This document shows positions 1-12,650 of a stretch of 64,000 bases of DNA, one piece after another. This DNA comes from Balanoglossus misakiensis (taxonomy: Eukaryota; Animalia; Hemichordata). The DNA lies in contig CM082582.2 of assembly GCA_040954595.2 (NCBI GenBank), positions 2,154,303 through 2,218,302 of the forward strand, written 5' to 3'. The position numbers and the translations under genes were made by a program. The notes beneath the pieces are model-generated. The model did not search any database, had not been told where the DNA came from, and saw only the letters and a list, made by a program, of their open reading frames with translations. The stretch's first letter is position 1; each line of letters starts with the position of its first letter.

Positions 1-6
1 ACGTGT

Positions 7-47
7 GCATCTGATGAAGGGGACTACATGTCCCCGAAAACTCATGC
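7..47 (+). ncRNA. Minimal type I hammerhead ribozyme-like motif (Penelope-like element terminal repeat)
   Basis: gcat-CTGATGA-a-[ggggac tacat gtcccc]-GAAA-ac-TC-atgc: conserved core boxes, 6-bp stem II, stem I gcat/atgc and a vestigial stem III, as in PLE-associated minimal hammerheads. Confidence 0.6.
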
Positions 48-236
48 TGTATTTTCAACTCGTTGATCACAGAGTGCTATATAACTTTAACTAATATTGT
101 AGTGAAGATCAACATGGCAATATTCTACTATATCTCACACTTCACTTGGTGGTCTAATTATGTGCGGACTTAAATTGACAATGGCTGGGAAGCAACACTG
201 GAGACTTTACCTGGGGATGAACTTCCAACAGTTGAT

Positions 237-703
237 TAGTCTCGGTTACCCAGACGCCTTTGCTTCTTCCGATGCTCTCCAGAAAAGGGTCTGGGGAAAT
301 TGGGGAAATGCTATTGAAAGCTTTGTAAAACAAAATGGCCGATGTCAGGATTTTGATCATCGCCTGATTGGCTGAGCTGTCAGTATGACCCGGGTCACCG
401 CAATAGTTTCGACAATCGTCTACCAAAGATATTTCGTATAATTTCTCCAACAATGCTAACAGAGGACGCCTTTTGCCTTTCGCATCAACCAACAAGTACC
501 GGTCTCTTGATATGAAGAGACGACAAAAAATCACACATTGTTGAGAGTCAGTGACCCGGGTCATACTGACAGCTCAGCCAATCAGGCGATGATCAAAATC
601 CTGACATCGGCCATTTTGTTTTACAAAGCTTTCAATAGCATTTCCCCAGACCCTTTTCTGGAGAGCATCGGAAGAAGCAAAGGCATCTGGGTAACCGAGA
701 CTA
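237..703. mobile_element. Foldback MITE with TAG...CTA termini (Academ-like non-autonomous element?)
   Basis: tagtctcggttacccagacgcc... is mirrored by ...ggcatctgggtaaccgagacta; ~160-bp near-perfect arms; no clear TSD. Confidence 0.8.
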
Positions 704-1859
704 ACATTTGATTTGAGAGGATTTGAGGTCATACTGGAGGTAGATGCTGTAAACATGGTAACTGTTGATGCAGGTTTCAGTGGCTGTGTTGTGGTAGTGG
801 TTGTAGACACTGAAGTGGTTGCTATGGTTGTAGGTTTCACTATGGCAACCTCTTTTGTATCACCACTGGACACCGATTTTTCTGAAACACAAAATTGGAG
901 GATTATACAGTTGATGTGAAATTCTGATGTGGAATCACACAATGTCACTAAACTTGCCTTGAACCTGTACCAGTGTTTCATCCAGGATGTAGCCAAGGAA
1001 ATTGATTGCCCACCTACCAACAATTTTCAGGAGGATGTGTAATTAATTGGCCAGGCATTGACATGATGGGAAATAATAGGCTGGCTTGTGAAAGTACTGC
1101 AACAGAATACACTGCATCACTCGCGACAATAACTTCCATAAGCCTCAGATCGTGTGCAGAGGTCATGAAGTTCTGTCATATTTAGTATTAGCCAACCAGG
1201 AGCGCATAATAATACGTGATGTGTAATAAATATTAATAAATATATTACAACCATTTTATTGAAGTACCAATTTAGAGTAATGAAAATCTTAACAAACCAC
1301 AAAATGATGAATTGGTTGTAAATGACCACGTAAACAAGTCATATATTTGACCAGTGAACTTTAGAATCTAGATCATGGTATGATTGCAAATATTTGCGTA
1401 GCAACAGATACCTACCTGCAAGTTGATAACCTTTGAGAAGTATCATGTGGTGTGGATCAGCCGCATAATCCTTCATTGGTACCATCTGTACTTCACCATA
1501 TGCTTTGAAGTTAAGTTTTTGGAGTTCAGGCAGTTTGCGGGGTGATATGATTGAGAAATGGACTCCTCTCTGTGAAAATACAACATTTGCTAAGAATCGA
1601 AATTTGGCATTCACATGTGAAGTCGTTAATGATGCGACAACTACAATTCAAACTTAAAAACAAAAGAGTTTTTGAGACTTGAGTTGTTGTCATCTTTTTG
1701 AAGACAATCCGAACATTGGGCATTCCTTATCTTTACTGAAAATTTAGTTGCCCCAGCAAATATACAAGTTCAATTTAATAATCACATACATACTAGAAAA
1801 TGTTCCCAAAACGATGCATTTAGATGTAAAACACATTTCAACCCTTACGAAAAAGGTTC

Positions 1860-2987
1860 TATAGAACTCTATAGACCTCTATAGAAACGTGTAGAATTCA
1901 ATAGAAAATCAATAGAATATTATTTTCTATAGAATTATACAGATGATTTCCATTAAACTAGCCGTCAATAGATTTTCTATTGAAAATATTACCTAGCATG
2001 AAATAAGTGAAAAATGATTTTAATAGGTTTTAACATGATTATCATACAATGACAAAGCAATTTGTAAGATTTGCCCCCATTACACATATTTCACTGTGAA
2101 CAAAGTATATTTTAACAGAAATCCACAGACTCTATTGAATTCTATTGATGTCAATAGATTTTCTATTGAAAAATATTGTCAACTTTGAAATGGTTGAAAG
2201 AAATATTTTTCCCTAGTTTTTAGCAAATGTGTGCACATAATCATCACAAAATGACAAAGGAATTTGTCAGGTTTGCCCCAACTACATACATTTCACTGTG
2301 AACAGTGTATTTTAACAAAAATCCACTGTCTCTATTGAATTCTATTGCCGTCAATAGATTTTCTATTGAAAAATATTGCCAACCATGAAATAGGTGAAAG
2401 AAACATTTTCCCCTAGTTTTTAGCAAATGTGTGCACATAATCAACACAAAACGACAAATGAATTTGTCAGGTTTGGCCCAACTACATATATTTCACTGTG
2501 AACAGTGTATTTTAACAAAAATCCACTGACTCTATTGAATTCTATTGCCGTCAATAGATTTTCTATTGAAAAATATTGTCAACCTTGAAATGGTTGAAAG
2601 AAATATTTTTCCCTAGTTTTTAGCAAATGTGTGCACATAATCATCACAAAATGACAAAGGAATTTGTCAGGTTTGCCCCAACTACATACATTTCACTGTG
2701 AACAGTGTATTTTAACAAAAATCCACTGTCTCTATTGAATTCTATTGCCGTCAATAGATTTTCTATTGAAAAATATTGCCAACTATGAAATAGGTGAAAG
2801 AAACATTTTCCCCTAGTTTTTAGCAAATGTGTGCACATAATCAACACAAAACGACAAATGAATTTGTCAGGTTTGGCCCAACTACATATATTTCACTGTG
2901 AACAGTGTATTTTAACAAAAATCCACTGACTCTATTGAATTCTATTGCCGTCAATAGATTTTCTATTGAAAAATATTGCCAACCATG
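1860..2987. repeat. Left subterminal repeats of the EnSpm element: ~200-bp tandem unit x~5 (400-bp higher order), rich in TCTATTGA/TCAATAGA
   Basis: Units recur at ~2243, 2443, 2643 and 2843; ORFs 2244 and 2644 are near identical. Confidence 0.9.
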
Positions 2988-3313
2988 ACCGGACGCTAAG
3001 GATTTTGATTTAGGCGAAGATTGTATCGTTTGGCCATGGAAAGTAACCAGTTCACCCCGAGCAAACAGATACCAGTATACATTCAGCTCAAACACACAGC
3101 TATTCATTCTTAATCATTCTATTTTATATTGTGAATGAATACTTGACAAATATGTCTCTGTAAATAATTCATTTATTACAATTTCAAAATGATATCTGCA
3201 AAACACTGGTACATATACAAATCTGTATATAAATACAAATCAGAAGAAACAGACTCTCAACTACAGTACTGGGGTAAGTGTTTGCTACCTACAGACTTTT
3301 TTTGCAGCCCTTA

Positions 3314-6300
3314 TCAGTCCCTTTCAAAAGGGTTGGGGAGTGGTGAGAGGTAAATTGACTCACCCATTCCAAGAACTACACATTTACGTCTCAAAAACGA
3401 TGGTCGCACAGCAATTCTTTCATGTGAAATCTCACGCAGTGGTTTTACATGTGTACACTGTATGCCAATTTCATTGTCAACAAACATTGACCTCCCACTT
3501 AAACACCTACTGGCTATCAGGAATGATCTTTCATTACAGTGACAATCACCTTGGCATATGCAACCTGGCCTAAGAATTACAAGGTTTCTTATTACATACA
3601 ATTGCTCATCTTGTCCCTGAAAATAATGGTTCGTTCTCTTTGCTGCCCTAGTGTAGCTACTTGTTGTGAACACAGCACCTGATATAGTGAATCTCTTGTA
3701 ATATTTGGCATTCACATTCAAGATAGGGTGGCCCACAGCCTCCTCTACAGCTAACCTGTCTGTCAATCTTATATCTGTTTGTCAGCAGCTCCCATGGCCA
3801 CAACCCCTGAGCAGCTATGAAAGTCCCTCTTTAAATGCACAATTCCTCTAGACAATTTGTCAAATAGTGGCCTCAGATCACTATCCTGCGGTATAATTGT
3901 GGATCTTCTTGATAAATCTCTCCACAGACAGAATGTGTTTGAAATCTGTGAAGGCACACTTTGAGTACCCTGAAATAGCTTCATGATTACACCATTGTGA
4001 CTTTCAAACACAAAGGAAGATGTAGCCCAGAGAGGTGCCCATTCCCTAACACTACTAGACAAATGCAGTAGAATGTGCATATTAAATGACATCACTTCTT
4101 TCCCATAAAGGCATTCAGTTTGAGTCACAAACTTTCTGATTGCCTGCTCTGCCAGATCAACAGAGCGGGCTGTTACTTTTTCCTGAAGTAACGTGTGGAT
4201 TCCAAAAACCAGCAAAAACCAATGGTTCAGAAAAACTGCAGGTAACACACCTCTCAGAACAATTAAAGAATAGAAAAGGAGAAATGCCCTCCACTCCGAA
4301 CCTTTCCAATACTTTCTGTAATCTAACGATCGTGGTGTCCTGGTTATTTCATTTGGAGGAAACTGCTGCACCAAACGGGAATTAATTACACGTTGTTTAG
4401 CAGGGGCTAAGTACCAGGGTTTCTGCTTGTTTTCACTGTCAAGCCAAAGTGAGGTGATTTGCCTGACAACCCCTAATAAAACACAATGCAAATAATCAGG
4501 AACAAACCCTTTCACAATGTCGAAATTGGGAAGCAACATACACACACTGGGTCCCTTCACACCCAATATTGGTCGGTCTCTTTCAACCGCCTGCCTACAA
4601 CAATCCTCATACTGATCGTTATTCCTCAACTCAGGATGAGGAAGATCCTGTACACTATATACACGTGCATGACCATTGCCCTTTGCTATGTATTCCCCTG
4701 GGTGCAGGCACCAGTCACATCCATACTGCCCATTATACTGTTTGCAATTGCGCATCAAAGGCCTGGCAGCTGAATAAGAAGAACACAATAACACATGGAC
4801 ACATGTTGTGATTATCTCACCAGAACTTTGATTTCTCCAGGTAAAACCATCATTACCCAATTTCACACATTCTTCAACAAATGGTGCCAAAAAACAATCC
4901 ATCTGTGGTTTGGATTGACCAAACCATAGGCCAGGCATGAGAATATTTTGTTTTTGACATTTTGGAGTCAGTTCTGTCACTACACACTGAATGGGCCATA
5001 TTGAGAAACCAGAGGACTTAAAGGCAGGGACCCCATCACAATTCCAGAGAAGGGTTAAGTCATTATCTCTTATGATACCATTTTCAAGGAGATCTTGATA
5101 AATGGAGCCATCCAATAAAGTTGAAACTGACAATTCACTATTAATATTCTGATTTTCTAATAAATCTACAAGTTGGTCCTTGATTGGCATTACAATGAAA
5201 AAATTGTTATTTGCTACAGATATTTGCTCACTGAAAGGCTCATTACAGCTACCACAAGTGGTGTCAGTTTGAATTTCGCCCTCGGCACCAAGATATGCCA
5301 TACAACTACAGCAATAGAAGTGCTTCTTACACGACACAGCTGTCTCAGCAAAACAGTTCTTAAAAAAGTATGGTGTTGCTGGTACAGTTTCTGGTGCTAT
5401 CAGGTTAATGACGTGCAACAAGTCTTTGAGAGCATCTTTCGTAAGTCGGTGTCCGAGGACAAAAGCCTGGAGAAGTAGACAAAGCTGTTCTGTTGTGACA
5501 TTCATCTCTCCAGTTCCTTCTTCAGCTCCCTGAGAATTAGAAAAATAGTAGTACATTTAGAAAAATAGGACAACCAGAAATAACATGAACAATGCAATGG
5601 TCACACTCACAGGACTGACACATTTAATTGTGATTTGACATTTGTGAAAACAGGCTCTGATCTCTTATGCATTGATCACCAGATTTTGAAAACAGGGGTC
5701 ATGCTCTAAATAATAGGCCTCCTTGAGAATTAAAATAAATGCATTCACAACCATAGAGACACTAGCTTTCATACTTGTATTTTATAATAACGATGTGTAT
5801 TAAGTTGAATTAACATATAAAACAGATTGATTAGTGGAATACTAAACGATGTTGTAATAGCTAAACAAATAAACAATTTTTAAATTTCCGATGATCAAAA
5901 GTTGGTCACATTGCTAAAAGAATAGAGACATTTTGGTGTGTATCACTGTCATGTTTCTGTCAAGGAATCAATGTGTATATTGCACCATGTCCACTTTTTC
6001 AAGTTGTAAATGCACACCCTTCAGTAAGTACACTTACTTTGAAAGTAAATCATCAAAATAATGTAAAAAGTCATAGATCATAAGTGATTAAGGTAAGTTA
6101 CCGCACAAAATTCAAATTGGCAACCATAAAATTTTTAAAGTCAAAAGCAGAACCTACCAATTCATCACCACTTTCTCCTGTGCCCGTCCCATTAGTGTTT
6201 TCGTTTGATATGCGTGTGTGTATAATTTCTTCACTTTCTTCAATCTCTCCACTTCCGTCACTCAGTAAGTTGACATGTGACGTTTCCTGAGCTGGTACTT

Positions 6301-7208
6301 GGTCATCTATGATGAATGATGTCTGATCATCTGATGTTTCGTCGGCTGATAAATAGTCATCTGTGTCTGGTTCTGTAGTGCTGTATTCATCAATGTCTGT
6401 ATCTCTGTGAGAGAAAGTTAGTCCACTTCGATAACTGTCATGAGAGGCGTTACCATCATATAAATATTCATCATTGCCACTTTCAGATTGGTAGTCACTA
6501 TTTACAGAACAACTGTCAGTGTCGATGGCGATATCATCAGTCTGAAAGATATGAATAGAATGTGGTTAAGATATGTATTTCAGTATAGCGGGACTACATA
6601 ATGCATATTACATCATTTGATTCTAAATCTCAGAGGAAAGTGCTAATGCTTTAATAGTTCTTATAAAGAAAAGTAGGCTGGTGTCAGTAATGACCTGTTT
6701 TTTTTTGTTTTTTTCCCTCAATATTCGTAGTACTAAATTATTTTTCAATTAAAAAAATACTGCAGCGGCATAAATGCTGCTATATTTAGACAAAGAGTTG
6801 GAGATGTACAAGCTAGCCTTTTGGACTTTAATAAAACCAAAAAGAACAGAAATAAAATGCATACACTACCTATGACACCCTATAATTATAACAATCACCG
6901 AGAAATGACAGACAATGCCAGTTTTCGCCCGGCGCTTGCTGCAGTTCCGTAGCCAGCAACTTTCCTCGATGTGTGTGTTACGGAAGGGGCACCTTTCTGT
7001 AACACACACACATCGAGGAATGTTGCAGGCTACGGAACTGCAGCTGCAGCAAGCGCGGCGCATACTTCAGGCCGTGGTAAAAAAGAGCTACACTTACCTC
7101 TAAACCATGTTTATCGCGAATTCGCCATCTAAACAAGGTTCTCTTTGGAATACTGACTTCGGTATCATTTAGGTAACGCTTGTATGGACGGCGCACGACC
7201 CTCGACAT
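3314..7208 (-). pseudogene. EnSpm/CACTA (Tnp2-like) transposase, 3 exons (7208-7098, 6541-6158, 5529-3314), frameshifted
   Basis: Motifs WNCDGVPAFKSSGFSIWP, GCDWC, PDYLHCVLLG, WKGSEWR, NMHILLH, FESHNG; canonical phase-0 GT-AG junctions; frameshift near 3770; expected second catalytic Asp reads Tyr (CSSYSAAR). Confidence 0.88.
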
Positions 7209-7244
7209 GTCTCTTCCGCGACGAACAGCGATCTGATGATCTAG

Positions 7245-7564
7245 TGAATCAGCTGTGCAAGCGTCGGTGACTGCGGTGCATGCTGGGTGATAGATATGGC
7301 ATCATCTCAAGTACAAATTTTAACGTTCCGATCGATCTGTGGTACTACTTTAAGGTGAATTTTGGCGTTTCAAAATAAAGTGAATGATATCTTAACGTGT
7401 TTTTTTTTCAAATAACATCTCAGCTCTAAGAAATGCTGTATTTTAAAATCACATGACCTACTGCATGACCTTTGACTCTTCTCATAAACGCCCGCATTTC
7501 TTACCCAGCATGCATCGAGGTAAATAAATAGTCGGCGAACTCCTGACCTTTTACAGCTGATTCA
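7245..7564. promoter_or_regulatory. Bidirectional promoter with mirrored ACCCAGCATGCA and ACAGCTGATTCA motifs
   Basis: Both 12-mers occur once on each strand, in the same order, ahead of each ATG (7288-7277 and 7256-7245 on minus; 7503-7514 and 7553-7564 on plus). Confidence 0.65.
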
Positions 7565-7647
7565 GTAACCACCGAAGACACACTACGCGTCACTCGCTAC
7601 CAGCTCCGCTTAAGATTTCGCTATTTACGAACGTCGATCTAGTCACC

Positions 7648-10600
7648 ATGAAGTACGCTTTATTTGATTTTTACGAAGAAAAGAGTGTTGAAGTTGGTGA
7701 GACGAATTGGATAGAAGATCTCGATGAAGACGACGTTATGAGTTTTGACTTCAACGAAGATTGTGCTGTCCAGTGGCCATCAAAGAAGGCAGGAAGAGAT
7801 CCGGCGAGATATGTAGCAAGAGTTATCAAGTTTAGCGGTAAGAATTGTTTGGATTTTTTCAAAACTCAAAAAAAACGTGTCAGGTAGAAACATTTCCCAA
7901 TGTTGAAGACGTTCATTGTAGAAAGTTACCTTTATCTCGATCCCAGGGTCTTGGGCTCCCTTGAACCAAACACAGCTTGTTAACTTCCTGTTCATTGTTA
8001 TACTATTTGCATAACAAAACGAGTTGCCAGGAAAGCCAGCAACCCCTTTGTTTTACTTTGTGACACAATTTTTTTACGTGGTTTGTGTTGTGCATTTTTG
8101 ATCGTCAGCAAAAGTTTCTCATTCAGTTGTGTGTGTGTGTGTTTTTCACAACCAGGTCATAATGTTTATCTTTACAGATGACAGGCAGGAGCTGTTGCGA
8201 CTAGCCAACGTCTATGTCAAAAAACGGGTGAACACAAACATTAAGACTCCAGAATATGGACGGGGGAAACGTGAAAAGGCACCAAAGAGAATCTACACCG
8301 ACAGCGAAGATGATGAAGATGATTATGTACCGGTAAGTTGATATTTAACTACCATGTGGCTGATGCAGAATTCAATATGATTTATCTAGGTACAGATGAT
8401 ATTAATTTCTCGTTGTCAATATAAACACCCATTTTCAAAACTCCATGCCAAGTGTTCAGAAGTATCTCACAATAATCATTTCATTTCTTTTTCAGGAAAA
8501 AAATAACTTGAATAAAAAAAAGAAGATCAGCCAAAAGAATTCGTCTTTAAATTTGCTGAGAAAGTTAGAAAGCAAGAAGACATCTGAAGTTCGTAAAAAA
8601 ATGGAGGAGGATGTCCAGTCACTTAAGTCTGTAAGTACTGGCAATGTCATACGCTACAATTTCTGCCCCTGAAGCATATACTTTTACTTCCAAACTTGCA
8701 CAAAAGCTAAAATAATGCTGACGTATAAGAGAGTGTTGTGAGCTTGTGTGGCTTAATTATGAAACAGGGATTGCACTAGTGTTTGCTCAGAATGAGTCCC
8801 TGTCACATGAAATTAAAGACAGGAAATTAAAATTTTTGTATTTATGTGAGAGATGGGACCCCTCTGTGTAAAAAGTAAGAGTCCCCCTGAAAAGTTCGGG
8901 AAGCAAAATATGGGGTTAACGCAACCCCTGCAAAATGTATCTTTAAAATGTGAGCAAAGTTATGCAATTATTGAAACTAATAATATTTCCATCAAAAAGT
9001 GACTGCAGTTCAGTGCTGTTGATGGGTAAATATCACAAGCATGTTGAAATCCATGTATGAACTGTGTTGTTATTGTTGACAACTGTGATTTTTAGTCTAT
9101 TTCATTAATGTTCCTCTGCATTCTAGAGTTCATTCCGTGCTTCAACACCAGTGTCCAGTGGCTCAGAAGGCTATGATGAGGACAAGCTACACCAAGAAAT
9201 AAGGGAATTGAAGGAGGAAAATGCTGCACTATGCTATTCTCTTCGAGTGTTAAAAGGTAAAAGAATATTGATACACGCATTGAATAAAGTCAGTGGATTG
9301 TTTTAGTTCTTGTATATTTTTAATGCAATGAGTAGGTTTTAGCTGAATCAAATTATTTTGTCAGTGTTTTTTTTTGTTTTATTTTTAGAAATATCAAAAG
9401 TCAACAGCCAAAATATGCCACAGAATGATTGTTTTTGAAAATACTCATGAATATCACAAAAGAACATCATTTTCGGCATTTTTTTGACGAGAAATTGAAG
9501 TATCAAGGACTCCATATATGTTTTGAAATACAAAGTAAAATGTTACCATAATTAATTTATAAATGAAAAACATTTAATTTATTCACTTGTACATGATGAC
9601 TAAGCTGGGCAAGCTGTAACTTACCTTTTTCAGCACCAATGAAAGCCTTCATTTGTGACCAGCTTTCTCAAACTATGTGTTTTGTAGTTACTTGACAATA
9701 GTTTGATAATGCTGGTCAGTATGTAAACATCTCAGTTCACCACAATTAAAATAATTTTGTTTATGGATGATGGTCCACTGTCTTATTGGTTAACAATATT
9801 TTTTTGCCAGGATTGTCTCTTTTTTATTCCTTTTCCTATGAACTATTGGAGTTAAATCAATGAACATATGTCCTATACCTCTATTTTCTAATCTTTTTAA
9901 ATGGTATAGAGTTACCTGGCCTGCTTGGACAAATTGCTGATGTAAAAAGAACATTTGGTGTAAAGACTGGTGCACCTGCAGTCTCAAAGACAAATAACTC
10001 CAGTGGAACACATGATGCCCCATTGAACAGTGAAGAGGTAACTGTTGACATCTATTTCAATTTATCATGAATGTGTGATTTCAGGAATCTGCATAGACAT
10101 AGTCATAGTCATTCAAATAATACTTCTGCTTCTTAGGTTCAACCATATGGCCTAAGTAAGAAAATTCTTTGTTCTGCATGTGTATGTTTTGCGAGATTTC
10201 ATGAAAAAAACTTTTCTGCCTGCAAATTTTTGTATACATGCTTTGGGAAATGTGATTGAAACACCTGCATGCTTGCAGAATGTCACATTTGAGTGCAACT
10301 TAACAGGGTGAAAAATTAGTTTCTGCTGAGATTCTTGATAAGGTGCTTGTATTACATGGAAACTATCGAGTAAATATTAAATTTACCTGTTAAAAATTTC
10401 TGTGTTTCTGAACTTGTGCACTTACCTATCAAAATCTGAGTGGATGCAAAACAAAGAATTTAATTATTTTGGTCATAAAGTTTTTGTTTATTTATCTGCA
10501 GACCTGATGATTGCAACTCTGTTTAGAACAGATCATGGCTCTGCAACTTTACTTCCATGGAAAATGTGGTTGTATTGTTAGAGCTGTTGATTTCATAGAA

Positions 10601-11475
10601 AATAGAAAGTATTGTAAGAACTCTGTGATAGAGTTTTTACTGTATTTTCTATTTTATCAGGTTTTCTATGACAGAAATCATATTTATTTTGTGTCTGCCT
10701 CTAGTGTTACCAATTATTTTGGTCTTTTTCAGATTTTGGTCAATGATGAGATGATAGTAACTGCCAAGCAGCTGAACCGCGTTGACAAATCAACAGCGAA
10801 GAAAATGACGTATGATTTGATGGCAGTGGTGTTTGATAGGGAAACACTCAGGACTCATTCGTATAGTGGCAGAGTGTGCAACTCAGTCAAGGGTTCTTTA
10901 CCCAAACCAGCGCTGGATGCCGACAAAATAAGAGCCATTAAAGGTATGTAGGTATTAAGTTACTTATCATCTCCAATTATTAATTTGCTATTTTAGGTCA
11001 TAGGAATACACAAAGATATATTGGCATTTTGTATATTTGGAGTGATCAGTGATGTATACCTCTTTAACATAGTGTAACCTGCTGTAGATAGGGTGCAAAT
11101 TTTGCAGTGCTTTTGCAAAATCTGCTTTGGTCTGCTAATGGAGACCTGTATGTGGAATGAGATAGGCCATCTTTAAAAAGTTGTAAAAGCGTTTAAGGGA
11201 CTGCAAATCAAATATACCATTCTCTCTACCGTAACCGTGATATATTTTCATTTAGTTTGTTCTTTGTTTCTGGCGGTTAGGTTTTAGAAAAAAAAATATA
11301 GTATGGCAAACAAAGACATCTCTAAGGTTTGAGCTTTGGTTCAGTACAATTTCATTCAGCAATTATTTTTCTCTGTTTCCCCACAGATATTGTATGCAGC
11401 AAGTTTGACTGCAAGGTTGCTGAGGTGGAGCAGTACATTAAAATGAAAATTTACTCCGAAGCAAAACACAAGTAG
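7648..11475 (+). CDS. BEN-domain protein with coiled coil, 345 aa, 7 exons (7648-7837, 8178-8332, 8496-8630, 9127-9256, 9910-10037, 10733-10943, 11387-11475)
   Basis: All junctions are GT-AG and phase compatible, giving an open 1038-nt frame; C-terminus KKMTYDLMAVVFDRETLRTHSYSG...KPALDADKIRAIKDIV...IKMKI fits the BEN consensus; coiled coil LHQEIRELKEENAAL; AATAAA at ~11564. Confidence 0.82.
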
Positions 11476-11799
11476 TGTGGTTAACTGTTTCATTTATGTG
11501 TTTTGCTTATCTTTATTTATTTAAACTCTATTTTTCATGTCACCTTTTTTATTGATTTATTGCAATAAAATGTTAAGTTTTAATTTGATGAGTATGTTGG
11601 TTTTTTCTCAAATATTTCACTGAAAGCCAGCAGAAAACTAATTTGACTGAGGCAACACTGTATTTAGCACATTTATGTGTTAATATTAAACAACAGACTG
11701 AAAGAATATGCTGAGTATTCAGTGAAGTATTTTTTTTTATAAATATCAATCTTTTTGCCCCAATCCCACCCCTCTATCTTTGGTAACCAGATAATACAG

Positions 11800-12650
11800 G
11801 ATCAATACACATCTATAACTCTTCTATAGAAGTTCAATAGAAAATCAATTGAAATCTATATCTCTTCTATAGAAAATCAATACACATCTATAACTCTTTT
11901 ATAGAAGTTCAATAGAAAATCAATTGAAATCTATATCTCTTCTATAGAAAATCAATAGCATATCAATGGAAATCTAGATCTCTTCTATAGAAAATCAATA
12001 CACATCGATAACTCTTCTATAGAAAATCAATAGAATATCAATTGAAATCTATATCTCTTCTATAGAAAATCAATACACATCGATAACTCTTCTATAGAAA
12101 ATCAATAGAATATCAATTGAAATGTATATCTCTTCTATAGAAAATCAATACACATCTATAACGCTTTTATAGAAGTTCAATAGAAAATCAATTGAAATCT
12201 AGATCTATTCTATAGAAAATCAATACACATCGATAACTCTTCTATAGAAAATCAATAGAATATCAATTGAAATCTATATCTCTTCTATAGAAAATCAATA
12301 CACATCCATAACTCTTCTATAGAAAATCAATAGAATATCAATTGAAATCTATATCTCTTCTATAGAAAATCAATACACATCGATAACTCTTCTATAGAAA
12401 ATCAATAGAATATCAATTGAAATCTATATCTCTTCTATAGAAAATCAATACACATCTATAACTCTTCTATAGAAGTTCAATAGAAAATCAATTGAAATCT
12501 ATATCTCTTCTATAGAAGTTTAATTGAAAAGTGGCCAAAAGTCCATAGAAGTCAATAGAATTTCCATAGAAATTCCATTGAGTTTCCATGGAATATCCAT
12601 TGATTCTTAATAGAAATTTTTATTGAAAAGCAATAGAAGTTCTATAGAAC
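11800..12650. repeat. Right subterminal repeat array of the EnSpm element (TCTATAGA/TCAATAGA/TCAATTGA units)
   Basis: Dozens of ttctatagaaaatcaata and atcaattgaaatc units, ~62-bp period. Confidence 0.92.

Noticed and set aside
154-705. Overlapping ORFs sharing SLGYPDAFASSDALQK
   Set aside because: The same peptide arises from the two arms of the foldback MITE
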